A DNA stretch of 64,000 nucleotides from Epiperipatus broadwayi (Eukaryota > Animalia > Onychophora), in contig JAQFVV010000007.1 of assembly GCA_028023455.1 (NCBI GenBank), forward strand, positions 15,748,001 to 15,812,000, in the 5' to 3' direction. The notes beneath the pieces were generated by a model, which made no database searches, had not been told where the DNA came from, and saw nothing but the letters and a program-made list of their open reading frames with translations. Below, piece after piece: positions 41,201 to 55,912 of this stretch (position 1 is its first letter; every line of letters begins with the position of its first letter). The position numbers and the translations under genes are program-made.

Positions 41201-42559
41201 ACTGCGAACAAAATGAGCTAGGCCGCCCAATGATACAGTAAAAACTCTGAATAGGTAGTTATATAACTTTGAAAAATGTGATAAGAATAAATCTATATGG
41301 CTAATATTTACAAAATATGCACACAATCATATATATTGTCCCTTCATTAGATGGGCCTTTGTAAGGGGTTTTTCATAACAGTCATCAATTTGTAACCAGT
41401 ATTCAACTATAACAATCTTTAAAAAATATGATTTTTTTTGTAACTTTTTTGCATATCAATTCTTTCCCATCAGTCCACTAATAGAAATTTGAATTAATAA
41501 TTCACATATTTCAGTATTAAAACCATTCTTCAATATTGTAAATCAGTACATTGTACATAAGTTCACAAATAAAAAACATTCTAAAAAATCATATTTAAAC
41601 TTTCCAAATGTAGAAAATTCATAATAATAAAGTGAAATATGTAATGAGAAGAATGTTGGGGGGGGGGGGCAATTACCGGGATACTGACAAAAGAAAAACA
41701 TGAATTAATGAACTTTTTGAATTTCATTTCTTAAACTTGAACAAATTCTTATTTAGTCATTAAAAGCTATGAAATTCTGTTCTAAAATTTAAAATTGTAT
41801 TTATATGCATTAAAATATTAAAGTTATTTACTACAGTGTTCGATACTGTGCAACAATAGTAATTTTATTTTTATCTTTACTTCCAAATTTCAGAATTTAT
41901 ATTTTTTAAAATAAATATATTTTAAAAAAGTCCAAACATTGAAATATATATATTTAAATAATTACTTTTCAAATATTTTGTAAAAATGATAATAAATATT
42001 TAAATAAACAAAGAACATTCTAATCTAATATTGCAGGCTTTTGCCAACTCATTTTAGTTTTCTTCTATGGATAATTGTTATCTTCAGATTTTTTAAAATG
42101 AATAAATCAATATTTACTTAGTATCAGTTGTTACCACCACATTAATGCAAAAACCAGCAAAATGATACTAAAGGTGACCACAAGATGAGTGAGTTAAAGC
42201 TGAAATATAAGAGCAGCACCACAGTACATCATAATATCACACATCTGAGAATCAGTTCATTAAAATTTATTATTTTTTAAAATGCCAGTTGTTTTGTAGT
42301 ACTCATCAGAAGATATTATGGCAAAAATATAGTATAAAATTTATTTGTTATATGCAATAAATACATTTTGGTTATACAGTTAGAATATCATTACTGGGCT
42401 TATCCCATTTACATCCAGCACTGTTGACAGTCTATACTTTAATTTAAGATACATATCAAGGTAATCATGACTTTTATCGTAAACTGCAAAAAATAAAAAA
42501 TACAAGTTTTAGTCAGTACAAAAATGATCAAAAATACTTTGGTCATTATAATAACAAAG

Positions 42560-42760
42560 TTGCATTAGATTTTAAGGTCTAGATGCAGTGATCTTAGATC
42601 CAAGACTCATCACTGATGAAAGCCACAAACTAGAAACTAGTCTATGGATATTGGATGGCTAGGCATTACATAGGGATTTTATACACTAATCATCTTGCAT
42701 CCATTGATTACCAAGGTTTGCACTAGATGGCACTATTATATGGAGAGTTGGCTACTGTTT
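42560..42760 (+). mobile_element. Family A hammerhead element
   Basis: catca CTGATGA aagc-cacaa-acta GAAAC ta GTC^ tatgg (42608-42647). About 110 nt downstream aligns with 11375-11490. Confidence 0.75.
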
Positions 42761-43230
42761 TATCAAAGTATATTTAATAATAGATTTTAAATTATGTATA
42801 TTAGCTAAAATATAACAATTCAATCACTTTTTGCTTAAAAATTTTGTAAATGTCAAGTCCACTTAAGTAAAAATAGTGTCATCATAAAATTACAAATTAT
42901 TTTTGTTAAAATAAAAAGAGAAAAAAAAATTATCTTAATCAACTTTAAATGAATAAAAAATGCTAAACAAGTATATTGAAAATGACATTTACTTGCTTAA
43001 TTTTTAGTCAGTATTTTTTATTTATTTCTGACACCCAAGATAATGATGGCTTTTTTTGCAGATATAAAAAAGTGTTGATAAAAATGCAACAATATATTTA
43101 GCACATAAATTAAAAACAAAAATTCTAAATGGGTGTGTATATTACCTCAAAAACAATTTTTATTGAGAAATAATACATAATTCTGAATTAAAGCAATATC
43201 AGCAAAATAATAATAATCATCAACTTGTAC

Positions 43231-43570
43231 ATACATAAACCTACAATCATAGATTGTCCATATAACCATAGCAACCCATGCCATTTAAAACCCTTGTAAC
43301 TAATCTACAGCATGAAATTTTTTTTGTAATCCCTTGTAAATCAATAAATCAACTTTTACATATGTAAACCTACATCTGTGGATTGCCCATGTAACCACAG
43401 CAATCCAATCCAAGCCATGTAAAACCCTTTTAACTAATCCACAGTATGCAAAAATTCCTGCACTCCTGTGTGAGCCAATAAATCAATTTTTCTATATGTA
43501 AACCTACAACTACAGATTACCCATATAAACACAACAATCTAAGCTATGTAAAACTCTAGTAACTCTCTAA
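43231..43570. repeat. Degenerate ~133-bp tandem repeat (~2.6 units)
   Basis: taaacctaca...gatt..ccat.taac.a.agcaa recurs at ~43236, ~43365 and ~43500. Confidence 0.8.
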
Positions 43571-44066
43571 GACAAATAAAGTTTATCTTTGAAACAACAA
43601 CATCATCATCATAATAATAATATAAAAAATAGAGAATGTAAACGATATAAAATTATGAAAAAAACAATGTACTTGATGCAAAACCTTTTTAATGCACTAA
43701 AGTTCCTTTTTGAAACATCATAATGATGATGATGATGATAATAATAATAATAATAATACTAGTAGTAGTAGTAGTAGTTGTAATAGCAGCAACAGCAGAA
43801 GTTTGCTTTTTTAAAAGTAAAATAATTAACTATTCATTATATTTTTGGATCTAATATTTTATTTAATGATGATTCCATTTACATAAAATAAATAACATCT
43901 GAAACTACTGATTAAAAAAAAGTAATATGGCTGTAATATTTTCAAAGTTTTATTGGTTGAATAATTACAAAAATAATAATCATTGATAACTGACTACAAA
44001 CTATACTAATATGCATATATATATATTTAGTTTAATAACGCTCAAGGCTAAATGGGTTTACAAGTA

Positions 44067-44192
44067 ATCATTAAAAACCAGTCAACACTTAGACAATCCC
44101 AATATCAATAACAATCAATAATTTCAAACAGTTGTCTGTTAAATGTTATTAATATTGGGATTGTCTAAAAGTGTTTATTAGTTTTTAATGAT
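44067..44192. repeat. Inverted repeat/hairpin
   Basis: atcattaaaaacc...cacttagacaatcccaatat.aataaca versus tgttattaatattgggattgtctaaaagtg...tttttaatgat. Confidence 0.8.
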
Positions 44193-46613
44193 ATATATAT
44201 AATATAATTTAGATTGTACTATTGCATTTTTTAAGCATGTTAATGAACCATAATTCAGGAAATATCAATCTCATTTTATATAGAATTCAAAAGGTATCAT
44301 AAATGAAAAAGTTGTCATTAAAAAAAAAATTATAGCACCAGAAATATATTCATTACACATTATATTTACATACAGGTTAATTTTTTATTTTACTAATTAA
44401 ATGTTTATTAATAAGTTTTATTACCTTTTTTTTTCAGTTTTAACTATTATTTTTTTAAACGGACAGGGTAACAAAGTAATTTTTTTGCTTTAGGAAATTA
44501 TTATAATTCATTATCTCTTGTATGAGATTTTGTGGAACCAATCGAACTTGCTGTCTGGGGTAAACCTGTATATATATTTCAGTATTCTTCTATCTTCTAT
44601 TCAACCACACATTCTTAGACCATATGAATAAATCCATCTGAAAAAGGTAAATGATTTTCAAGATGTATTTCATGTAAACCAGTACTCTTTAATCAGCCCA
44701 GGTCTTTGTTTTTATCTGTCTTATCATCATGTTTCAGTATTGACAATATCAAATAACTAGTTTGATTTATTTCAGACTTCATGTACTCATATTTATGATG
44801 ATGTCATTTTTATAAATATATTTATTGCTCATCATTTATTAAGCATGAAATCCATTTGGAGATTTCTTTTAGATGCCTTTATTCATATATTTCAAGAATG
44901 TGTATCAGAATATAAGACTTATTTATAACTAAACAATATTACACATGAAGGAAAAAAAAAACAGAATACAGTTAATTTATTAATATAATGCATTTATATT
45001 TAACAAAAAAGAATGACCAGATAAATTTTTAATTAAGTTTAAAGTTCATATCTATGCTAGAAATAGTATGATAATTGTTAGCTTACTATTTTAAATAATT
45101 AATAATAAGCATTAATGTAATTATCTAATATGCTAGTACAAGAAGGTTGATAGATAATTATTTAGCAAGCTCTTAATGACAGTTATTGACTTGGGGTGGG
45201 GGGGGATCCAATTATTACTTGAGCAGAAAGTGATTAATGGTACAAATAATCAAAGTGTGGCTTTTTTAAATTTACAAATGAAAATAAAGAAAGATAATGT
45301 GTTGTGTAATCAAAGTTAAATAAAAATTAAATATATGTACTTTTTCACAAATGACTCTACAATTGACAGATAGCTAAATAATTTAGAAATTACATTAAAC
45401 AAACAAACAAGAAGAACAAAAATATGAATTTACTTATACAAATTAATTTAAAAATAAAAATAAAAACAAACATTAGCCATTAACAACAAGAAGAAAAATA
45501 TGCATTTAGTTATACAGTCAGAAAAACATAAAAGAAATTATACAAAATAATTAATGTATATAATAAAAGATCATAGTGTAATGTTCAAATTCTATTTTGT
45601 AATCATTTAGGTCATGCATCCACAATATTTTTTTTTTACATACTTATACAGGTGACAAGTATTGAAAATTGATACATGGAGATATTTTTATGAAATTACT
45701 ATGAGTGAAAAAATTAAATCCAAGAAAACTATTAATTTCTTTCCAAACCAAAATAAAGTCAAAATAATTTTTTGGTTGTGTTTTAATCAAAACAATATTA
45801 TATTGGAAAGGTCATATTTAAAGTAACAAATGGTTTTTTTTGTCTATAAAGGAACCTAAAGAAAAATAATGAGAGTTAGTTGAGTCTTTTTGCAAGCAAA
45901 TGAAATAAAATAATCATTTTGTATGTGTTTCAAAATAATACTATAAGCAGTTTTAAAAAACTTTACATAATTATACAAACTAACCAAAATCTATTTTGAC
46001 CTGAAAATGGTATTAAATCTATAAAATAAAGTGCTACTTCTCAACTTAAAGGATTTCTGTACAATTCATTTCATTTTTTTAAAATGCTTTTATTGAAGTT
46101 TTAGAAAATCAGTTGTGTTTGTTTGTTAATTTTTCATCTTTTTCAAGCTAGAATGAAATTTTAAAATCAAGGTTTCTTATATATAAATTCAATAGAATTG
46201 TTTGAAATCTGGTATATAACTTATTAATACAAGCTTAATCCATATAAGATATTCATCTTTTCAGTAGATCATCTAGTTTGTTAGATATAGAGGGTGGGAA
46301 AATATTAAAAGTAATCAATAATTTTATATATCTCAGTTATAAATTTTTACAATTTCCATTTGTTTTAAATTATATTTGTGAGAGAATGTTAAGATTTTTT
46401 CTTTCAATTTAATATTTTTTTAACATTTTGAAATTGATATTTAACAGACTTAAGTTTAATATAACTTGTTGAAATTTTGTACATCTTTTTAAAATGCCTA
46501 TGAAAGTAATAAGGAACATATTTTTTTAAAAAATAAAAAATTTCCAATCAAATTTTAAATGTTCAACACCTTTCACTCAAAAGAATATTTCATATTTTTA
46601 GTCACTTATATAG

Positions 46614-46644
<31 letters not shown>

Positions 46645-46877
46645 ATGTCCACATACTAAATATGATATATACATAAGGGGTATATATTTTAACCTATAGC
46701 AGGACTATCTAATGATATGTATATCAACTATAAATGTCCAGTCAATTAAAGTATGATAGTTTTGCATTTTCATTTACTGTGCCAATATTAAAAACTTAAA
46801 AACAATAGATAATTATATATATATATTATTAAATGCTTTTATTGACTGTGTACTTTTTTAAAAAGTTAAAAAAAATG

Positions 46878-47065
46878 TTTCTTCAACCATAATTGGGGTT
46901 TTTAGATTTAACTTGAAATAAAAGCATGGTGGATCCAGAAATTAATTAAGTCAATCCTTATTTTTATAACAAAGGATTGACTTAATTAATTTCTGGACCC
47001 CTTATGCTTTTATTTCAAGTTAAATCTAAACTCCCCAATTGTAGTTGAAGAAACAATTTTTTTCT
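46878..47065. repeat. Near-perfect palindrome (MITE-like foldback), ~85-bp arms
   Basis: tagatttaacttgaaataaaagcat...tccagaaattaattaagtcaatcctt mirrored by aaggattgacttaattaatttctgga...atgcttttatttcaagttaaatcta, with a short loop. Confidence 0.9.
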
Positions 47066-47754
47066 TAGTACATAATAGCAATAGAAAAATTTAATATATA
47101 TATATTATTATTTGCCTAATTACTTTGTACAACTAAATTTGTACTTTTTTTGTTTTGGGGTTTTTTTTTTTTTTTGTAACCGTTATTTTTTAGATGATGA
47201 TGATGATGATGATAATAATAATAATTATTATTATTATTTGTACAAGTAAATTTGTATTTTTGTTTTTCCTCATTTATTTAATTAAATATCTAAATTTTTT
47301 AGACATCTGTCAATCATAGTATCATTTGTGAAAAAAGTATACATATTTTATTTTTATTTAATTTCGTTTATATACCATTTAATCCTTTTTTGTTTTTCAT
47401 TTGTAAACAAACAAAACAAAAATCATATTCCAAAACATTTACATCATTTATTACTTGGTATTTTTAGTAGTGGTCAGATAATGCCTTACCAGTTTTTGAC
47501 ATTTGTAGATCAAATTGCTGTAATATACATATATGACTAACAAACACATTACAGAATAGAAAAGACTAATAATTTAGATCTTCCACAAGACAATAATACA
47601 TTTCATGCATTAATTGGATTGCCATTAAAAAGTGTCAAATATAAATTGTTTTTCACAGGATATATATATGATGTTAACTGATTGCTACCATGTCATATCT
47701 TTCTGTAGGATACAGACACATTTTGGTTACACTTAATTTCATTGGATAAAAAAA

Positions 47755-48055
47755 TTTCACTATAGTGTAATATGTTGAACTATTTCCATCATCTAGCATT
47801 AAATGTTGAATGTGTAAAAAATTTTAAACTTTATTCAAACTTTTCAAATACAACCAATTGTGTTAGTAATAACACAGATAGATAACCCAGTTTAATAGAT
47901 TACACAACATTTCAAGTGATATTATTCTCCACTCTTCTTCAGGTATCGCTGGCCTGACCAGTGACAATATTAGCATAAGAGTCAAACTTACACCTTTAAA
48001 ATCTTGAATATTGAATTTTAAGGTAAGGATCTAACCAATTGAGCTATTCTGTCCA
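47755..48055 (-). mobile_element. Family D SINE-like element (tRNA-like head plus hammerhead)
   Basis: Minus strand tagctcaattggttaga (A box, 48030-48046), then atac CTGAAGA ag-agtgg-agaataata-tcact-t GAAA TG TT^ gtgt (47901-47946). Confidence 0.82.
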
Positions 48056-48451
48056 AGGCAAGTCAGGAGAAATTTTATATGACTTATCTATGAGGGTTAA
48101 TTCAAATCCTCCTGATTGATACCTCCAAAAAATTTTTAAAAATATTTTTCCTAAGTGAATGATTAATTAAAGGCTTCCAGACATTGTGTATTGCTACACT
48201 GGGTTGACATGTAGGATTATTTTCCACCATTACATGAGTAGCTTCTTTGAATTTTTTTCTTTGCATCTTTTTATCCCTATTCAAAGAAGAAAATTCAAAA
48301 CTGCTGCTCATATGACAATCACAAGTAATTCTATAAGTCAACCCATTGCTTTTAGAATTAAGTATTTAAAAAAAAAAATCAAGAAATCAAGAGGCTATGG
48401 ATTAACCTTCATAGATAAGTATATGAAATTTTTACTTACTGTTGCCATTGA

Positions 48452-48750
48452 CTGAATAGCTAAGTTGATTAGATCCTTGTCTTAAAATTCAATATTCAAG
48501 AATCTAAAGGTGTAAGTTGAATTCCTATGCTAATGTTGTCACCGGTTTAGGTCAGCAACATTTGAAGAAGTGCAGAGAATAATAACTGTCAAAATGTTGT
48601 GTGTAATCTACTAACCTATATATTGTCTATTTGTGTGTTATTACTAACAGTTGTTTGTATTCAAAAAGTTTAAATAAAGTTTAATATTTTTTTTAGACAC
48701 TCACCACTTAATGGTGTATGATGGAAATAGTATAACATCACATCTAATAT
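48452..48750 (+). mobile_element. Family D SINE-like element, right member of a head-to-head pair
   Basis: gaatagctaagttgattaga...; TTGAAGA agt-gcag-agaataataa-ctgt-c AAAA TG TT gtgt (48562-48602). Reverse complement of 47755-48055. Confidence 0.82.
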
Positions 48751-48855
48751 ACTATTATCAGTAACTTTCAGGCAAATATTCATTGTGGTGAGTTGAAAAG
48801 CTAAATTCATCACATCGCAAATTAAAATGCTCATGTGTTAATATATGTATATTCA

Positions 48856-49089
48856 AAATAAACAAGTTTAATAAAATATATACTAGAGTGAATAAACCCA
48901 ATTTTGTACAGATGTGCCCAGCTACAATATGACAAATAAACAAGTTTAATAAAATATATACTAGAGTGAATAAACCCAATTTTGTACAGATGTGCCCAGC
49001 TACAATATGACAAATAAACAAGTTTAATAAAATATATACTAGAGTGAATAAACCCAATTTTGTACAGATGTGCCCAGCTACAATATGAC
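48856..49089. repeat. Three perfect tandem copies of a 78-bp unit
   Basis: Units start at 48856, 48934 and 49012 and are identical; this explains the repetitive ORFs 48758-49102 and 48831-49091. Confidence 0.97.
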
Positions 49090-50559
49090 ATCCAAGTTGC
49101 ATATGTTTTATTAATTTTTTGAGAAAATGTCAGGTTGAAACTGGAGTACTTTGATCATGTGATAACACTTATCATTAGCGTTATTAGACATTGACACAAT
49201 TTATTTTAGCATATCAAAGTTAAAATATAATCTTCAAACTCCATTACCGACTAATATTTTAACTGAAAGAATAAAAAAGCAATATTTATTTGTAATTTGC
49301 ATAATTAAGGACTCATTAATATGCAGCATTAAATATTGAAATGGAATGATAAGTTATGTTTACTTCTGCTTGCTAACTGCAAACTGTCCTACAATGATCG
49401 AGATATCTTGTGTGGCCGCTATATCTCTATTGCCTAGTTACCTCATCCTGTCTTCACACATTTATCTATTAGTAATATTTAGTGCTTGTTTTAAAAAACT
49501 TTCGATGTTATAAATTTGATATTCATGTTTAACAAAAAGGATAAATCACTGCATGATATCCTATGCAGTTACTATTAAAGATTAAATTGATGATGAATAA
49601 TTCTAAATAAAATGGGATTTTTTTTTTTAAAAAAAAATCTCTTTGCTGGTAGCGATAAGCGGGAGCCACGATTGTTCTAATAAACAGCTTTTTCCACCCA
49701 AGCAGAAGTCAGGGATAATTATGCCTTCCCACAAAAAAAAAAAAAAAAATCTAAACTAAAATTACAGCAGGCTACTCTGTAATTTAAAAGTTCTTCCACT
49801 AATTTTAGATTATTATGTAGCTATTTACAGTAAATATGAATTGATAAAAAAAAAAGTAATAATACAAAAGAACTAATATTGAAGATTTATTACTCCAAAA
49901 TCAAAATTGTAGGGCGGATAAATTCATTCCTAATTCCAGGTTTTAATTTGCTGCTGAATGCAATGACAAAATCTTCTCAAATTATGTCTGGTAAAAAAAA
50001 AAATAAGAGAGGAATATTTGTAACATAATTACCAATTTTTATTATTAAAAAACAACTCTACCCAATTACTATAATCATTTTTGAGATTTTAATAATTTTG
50101 ACTTATAATTTATTGGTCATTAATCTGATATAATCAGTGAAATAAATCTCTCTTCTCTTTCATCAGCGTGTCCGATATATATATATATTACATCTATATT
50201 AAAATATGTAATTATTTTTATATAATCATCATCATCAGAAAAGAGCAGCCACTCGCGAATGATTATGGTCATTCCAATGTAAAGATAAAAAGACAAAACA
50301 AAAACAATACTCTTAAGATTGAGTTTTGCAATGCCCGTGCTGACTAATCTGTTAATCACAAATACATCGATATATAAAACGCATCGGTCTTTTATTTTGT
50401 TTATTTGATATTATTGCATTATTGATTTCTAACTTCTGCTGAAAATTTTTCTAAATTATTTTAACACCATGTCTAATTATAGCCCTTCAATATATTCCTT
50501 TCTCAGCCATATTTTCCACATGAAATCAGATTAGCTTCTTTAGAATGTCTTTGATATAA

Positions 50560-51830
50560 TAATAATAATAATAATTAATTAATTAATTCTTATTTATTAC
50601 GTGCATTTTAACACTTTCGCTTTAACAGAAATACACAAGTAAAAATATTCATAGATTATTAATAATTACAAAATAAAAATACAATAAACAAAACATTATT
50701 CAATATATTAACATTTTAACAAAAATATACAATAAAGAAAATTACAAATCATAATCAAAATATGAATATATATAAATATATGTTATCTACATATATATAA
50801 ACACATGTTATCTGCAGTAAATTCAATTTCTTTTTAACATTATTTATAAAGCAATCACAAAAAATATCAATGTTATTGAATTTTTGATTATATAACTTTT
50901 GCAATCTGTTAATGAACGATTTGTCATTAAACAATTTTTACTTACACTTCCCTTAACCAATGAGAAGGCACTTATAATTCAATTTTAGATATACAATCAT
51001 TAACATCAATTTTTCCATCAATTAACTTTTTTAAAACAGCATACCTTTATTTAGTCTTCTTTCAGTTAGTATTGTTTTAAGATTTAAATTTTCTCCCTTT
51101 ATTAGCTTAATAAATCTTTTCTATACATTTGAAATTTTAGACTCTATATAAACCAAATCCGAATTTCATATAGGAGATCCATACTCCAATAAAGGTACAA
51201 GAGAACAGAATAACATGTACTTTATATAAGGAGATAAGTCTCTGCCAAATCTCAAAATACATCCCATCCGTCTATATGCTTTACTTATAATATATTTTAT
51301 ATGTTCATTAAAAGTAAAATGATTACAAAATATAATTTCTAGCTCAGAAACAACTTCTTTGAATACATCTTCCTCAATCTTATAATGATAAACAGATCTA
51401 TCTGTTTTATTGGTGTAAGAGACAATACATGTTTTACTTATATTTATTTTTATATTATTAAATTTACATCATTTTTTGAAATAAACAATATTTTTTTGAA
51501 GATCAATATAATCATCATATGTACTAATCCATTTAAATAACTTACAATCATCTGCATATATAAGTATCATATTTTTTTTAATGTTTTGATCAAAATCAGA
51601 CATGAAAACATTAAAAAGTAAAAGTGCTAATATTCCACCCTGAGGAACCCCAATCTTATTTTTGAATAGTTTAGAGTTAATTTTATCTATACAAATGTAA
51701 AAGCATCTATTTTTCAAATAATTAATAAACCATGCAATCAAATGGGAACTAATTCCCATTAATTTAAGTTTATATATTAGGTTAGTATGTGCCACATATA
51801 TGGGGAGAATATTGGATGTGCATGTATTTA
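50560..51830 (-). mobile_element. 5'-truncated CR1/Jockey-group LINE RT fragment
   Basis: WFINYLKNR, GVPQGGILALLLF (51638-52), YADDCKLF (51547-58) and downstream LEYGSPI. Short (AAT)/(AATT) tandem tail at ~50560-50590. Confidence 0.9.
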
Positions 51831-54800
51831 CATTTCCAGTTATAATGAAAGTGCAAAAAAAAAGAATGTTTTGATCAATTAAATTATTTGATGAAGAATT
51901 GGCCAAGAGTAAAAATATACTTGAACTAATGTTACTATATATATATATAGTTCTTGAACATGTAAATCCATAGTTAGTAAAAAATGTATGACATATACAA
52001 AATTTATAGAAACTATAAAAAAACACCCCAAACATATCATAGTAAAATTTGGAAAAAAAAATTCATTAAGGGCAAACTAGCTTTACTTCTTTATCATCCT
52101 AACCAAAGTTGAATAGTAATTTGACATAATAATAGTTTTTAAAAAAAAAAAAAAATCATGCATTCATTAGCAGCAGAATAAAACTTTATTAATTATAAAA
52201 TTATTATTTACAGATATCTGTTATTTTAAAACTATATTAGAATATGATTTAATATAACAAGCCTGTGCAAATGTGATTGATCATTATAATATAAAAATAA
52301 TTAAAAGGTTTACTGTTCAAGAGATTATGTAACACTTGAGCACCAAAAACATTAGGCCGAGTTGCATTTCACAAACTCTTGGGTTTACCATTCAATCACA
52401 ATGCTAAATCTTCGTGTGGTGTCATATTTTAATACATCACATGAATAAAGGTGTAATTTTTTTATGCTCAAATCTAGTTATTCAAAAGTCATGAAATGGA
52501 TCACTTATGTTAGTAGGGATGGGATCCATCTGTAGAGATATATAACTTTCGGGCTACATTATTTTTTAAAATTTAGACAATGTTGATGTGTCTAATTTAT
52601 TGGAATATATTTAAGTTGGAATATGGCAAATCTCAAGTTAAACAATGATTATCTAAATCATCTCAGATTTGCTAATTAAATTTAATCATTTTGAAGGTGG
52701 AGTTGAAAATAAATATTTGGTAAAAGTAAAACGCTGTTTCACACATGTGTATTACTGGAAGACATTATAATGAATGAAGCAAAAATTACAGAGATGGAAA
52801 AATTAAAATGTCCTATATCTCTTTTGCTAATCTTAGATATAGAAAATAAAGTCTTATGTTTGGGGAAGAAAGGTTTTCATCAGAGTGATTTTTTTATTTT
52901 GTCCTATGGTTGAGAAATATCGATTTTTAAAAAAAATGAAATTAAAAATTAGAAATTTCACAAAGAGGTATGAAACAATTTATGTTTGAATTAATCAGAA
53001 ATGATCAGAAAGGAATGAATTTGGGTTCAGACTGTATTGCTAATATAATACCAAATATTAAAAAAATAATATAAACACAGACTGGATCTGTAAGAAGTTG
53101 AGATGACAGTTGATGGGTTATAAGAAGGAAGTTTTTAGCTTTTTTTATAGAAAAGGAAGGTTTTTATGGAGATGTCTTTACCCTGCAGTGAACTGCTTTC
53201 AGCTGAAACTGATGATGGTTACTTATTCCAAAGATTGATTCGTTCAGGATATACATACATTGGTGATAGTGCTAACTTTTCTTTTTGTAGACAAAGTTTA
53301 TGATACCATCTATCATTATACTGTTTTTTCTATGTGTATTTTAACCGGAGTTAGCAACACTCTTTTAATTGGAAATTCATCCGCTAGAAGCTCTGGTAGT
53401 ACTCTTGCAATATTCCGATGTACTGTATTTAAGAATACCGCGTTGCCGATATATATTTGCTTTGAAAGATAAAGTACAAAAATAAAAACATACAAATCTT
53501 TTATATATTTCTGTTTTTAATTTAAATCTGTATATATATTTTAAAAAAGAGTACTTTAAATTATAATTAAAAGAAAAAAAATATTGAGATTTATTAGCAA
53601 AAAAAATATAAATAATACATATTAAATAAAAAATTAAGATGGTTTTTAAAATTCTATTTCAATCTTACATTTTCTAAAGATTTAAATAAAGTCATTTAAA
53701 TATATTATTATATAGTATTGTTGTTGTTATTTATAGCAAATGAGTTGTTTTAGATATGTTTTTTGGGCGCTAAAAAAATTCTTTTTTTCAGCAATTAACA
53801 AATTTTTAATTAAAAAAATCATGCTTAAAATACCGAAAAACTTTTATTCCTCCTCAGATTCTTGAAACATAAAGGCAAATGACCCCACCCCCTCGTCCCA
53901 AAAGATATATTTCATGCTGTACCAAAACACTTCAGCTAGCCAGGTCACAATCATTTAAACGTGTCGTCATTTGGTCAATATTTGTTAATATAATATTGTT
54001 ACAATATGATCTATAAATATCAAATTTTGGGAGCTCACATCTTTGACAACAACCACATCTGATAAATACGTTAACGATCACGACTAATTATTTATTAGAC
54101 TGAAGATTATCATATTATTCCTAGCCAACATAAAACTTTAAAGACGATCATTAATTCCACTTTATCCAGTGAAAAAATATTTGTTTATGAATAAACTACT
54201 ATTAACATGTTCTTGTAATATTAATATAAAAAAGCTTTCAGTCTGTATCTATGTTTGTGTTAAGCCTTTTGAAGAAATTGCTGATAATAAAGCATAGACA
54301 CAACACCATAATATATATATATACCTCACAACTGAAGGTGATACAATTATTATTTTTTGGCTTATAGTCAGGGCACAGACATTGTATTCTTTAGCTAATA
54401 ATGACTCTACCCCCTTTTATCAGTCAAAACAGGATAGTTAGTGGTAGTATCTTGATAGAAATATTTTAAGATTGCTCATAATCTGACAAAATATTAAGAT
54501 TCTTCTGAGATTGGACTTTAGATCATGAATGTAGAAGGTTAGGTGTATTGACAATCAAATTATGAGGTCACCATGCATTTTCTGACTCAAAGGCAATGAA
54601 TAAGTAAAAGTGTTCCCAATCTGTCTCACAGAACAGTAAAGATGACATTATTTATAGATTCATTTTTATAGTTTCTCTCTCTCTTTTTTTTTTAAGCTAT
54701 GAATAGCTGGATGCCCATTAGTTGACTACATAAAGAAATACTTAGGCTTTCTTGAAAACCTTCAACTGCTTGAGAAAATGTACTTGATTTATGAGGATTC

Positions 54801-55814
54801 AAACTTAAATTATAAAGCATTGTAAATAATTACTAACTACTATAAGATGCACCTTAAAAGCAGTTGATTATTAAAACAATCACATTAGATATGCATAATA
54901 TATTTCTTCACTCTTGAGCTAACTCTGCAAACAAGGGACAAGTCATTGATCTCTAAGTAATAAGATAAACTTTTATGGCTGTCTCTGGCAACTTAAATGT
55001 CTTTTATCAGAAAACCTTGTTATAAAAATGGCTACTTAAGCCAGAGACTATTTTTTACGCTGTCATCTGGTGTCTATTTATTTTTTAATATTCAAAAAAT
55101 GATTTTAGAATGAATATTGAAATCACTATTTAAACTGCATTAAATCCTGCTATAAAAAATGGCTATTTAAATAGGAAACTAGTCATAGAATCTTGTCGCC
55201 CCCCCCCCCAAGTTTATTAGACTTTGAATTTACATGTTTACATACAGTGATAAACTAAATTTATCTATGATATACAATGATATACTTATGATTTTATTAA
55301 GTACACTATGTTATAACCAAATGGTGAATAATAATAGTCATTTTCATCAGTCACCCCAATCCATTCAATGATTGACTCTTGACCATCGACCCATGTCACA
55401 ATACCCTTAAGAACCCAAGAAGGGACTTATTTCTTGTTCAGACCTGGATTCCAATGACCAAAATTCCCAAAGACTTACAAGTCTTGGTTTGTGTGGCATT
55501 TAGAGCCTATTAACACATTTAATGCTCATTTTTTTCATCATGACTAAGTTACCTACTGTAAAGTTTAATTATGTAATAGATGCTTTATGATAGTGTTTAA
55601 TTAATTTCTATATGTGCTAAAACAGCAATACATAGGCTTGGGGAGTCTTGGGAGTCATAAAATACATTCTTAATACTCAATTAGTTTAAATGTGGTATGG
55701 AAGTCACTATTGTCTAATTTAAAAATAATGTAATCTTAAGTTTTTAGGCTGATTACATATTGTTTAAAAATTTTTTAATATTTTTTTTTCCATTCTTTAA
55801 CCAAAATAGAACAA

Positions 55815-55912
55815 GTTGGTGGTCGAGAGGTCAGCACAGCAGCCTTGCAAGCAGTTGTCCCGGTTTAGCGGGTTCGCTTCCTGGCCAATGCTATGACACA
55901 TGAAAAAAAAAA
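55815..55912 (+). mobile_element. tRNA(Ala-like)-derived SINE, family E, with poly(A) and a 12-bp TSD
   Basis: TSD aaaatagaacaa at 55803-55814 and 55913-55924; homologous to 33240-33352. Confidence 0.85.

Noticed and set aside
44480-44650. Exon-like segment with splice-like sites on both strands (minus-strand peptide ending DNEL*, plus-strand aag/gtaaat donor)
   Set aside because: Competing readings, stops in most frames and no recognisable protein; cannot be supported without RNA-seq.
53160-53472. GC-richer coding-looking segment
   Set aside because: All frames are short or broken and no motif is recognised; probably a TE relic.
55165-55190. GAAACTAGTC motif like family A
   Set aside because: No upstream CUGANGA or family flanks.
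55815-55912. Functional tRNA-Ala gene
   Set aside because: Disrupted arms, atypical B box, poly(A) tail and TSD indicate a SINE.
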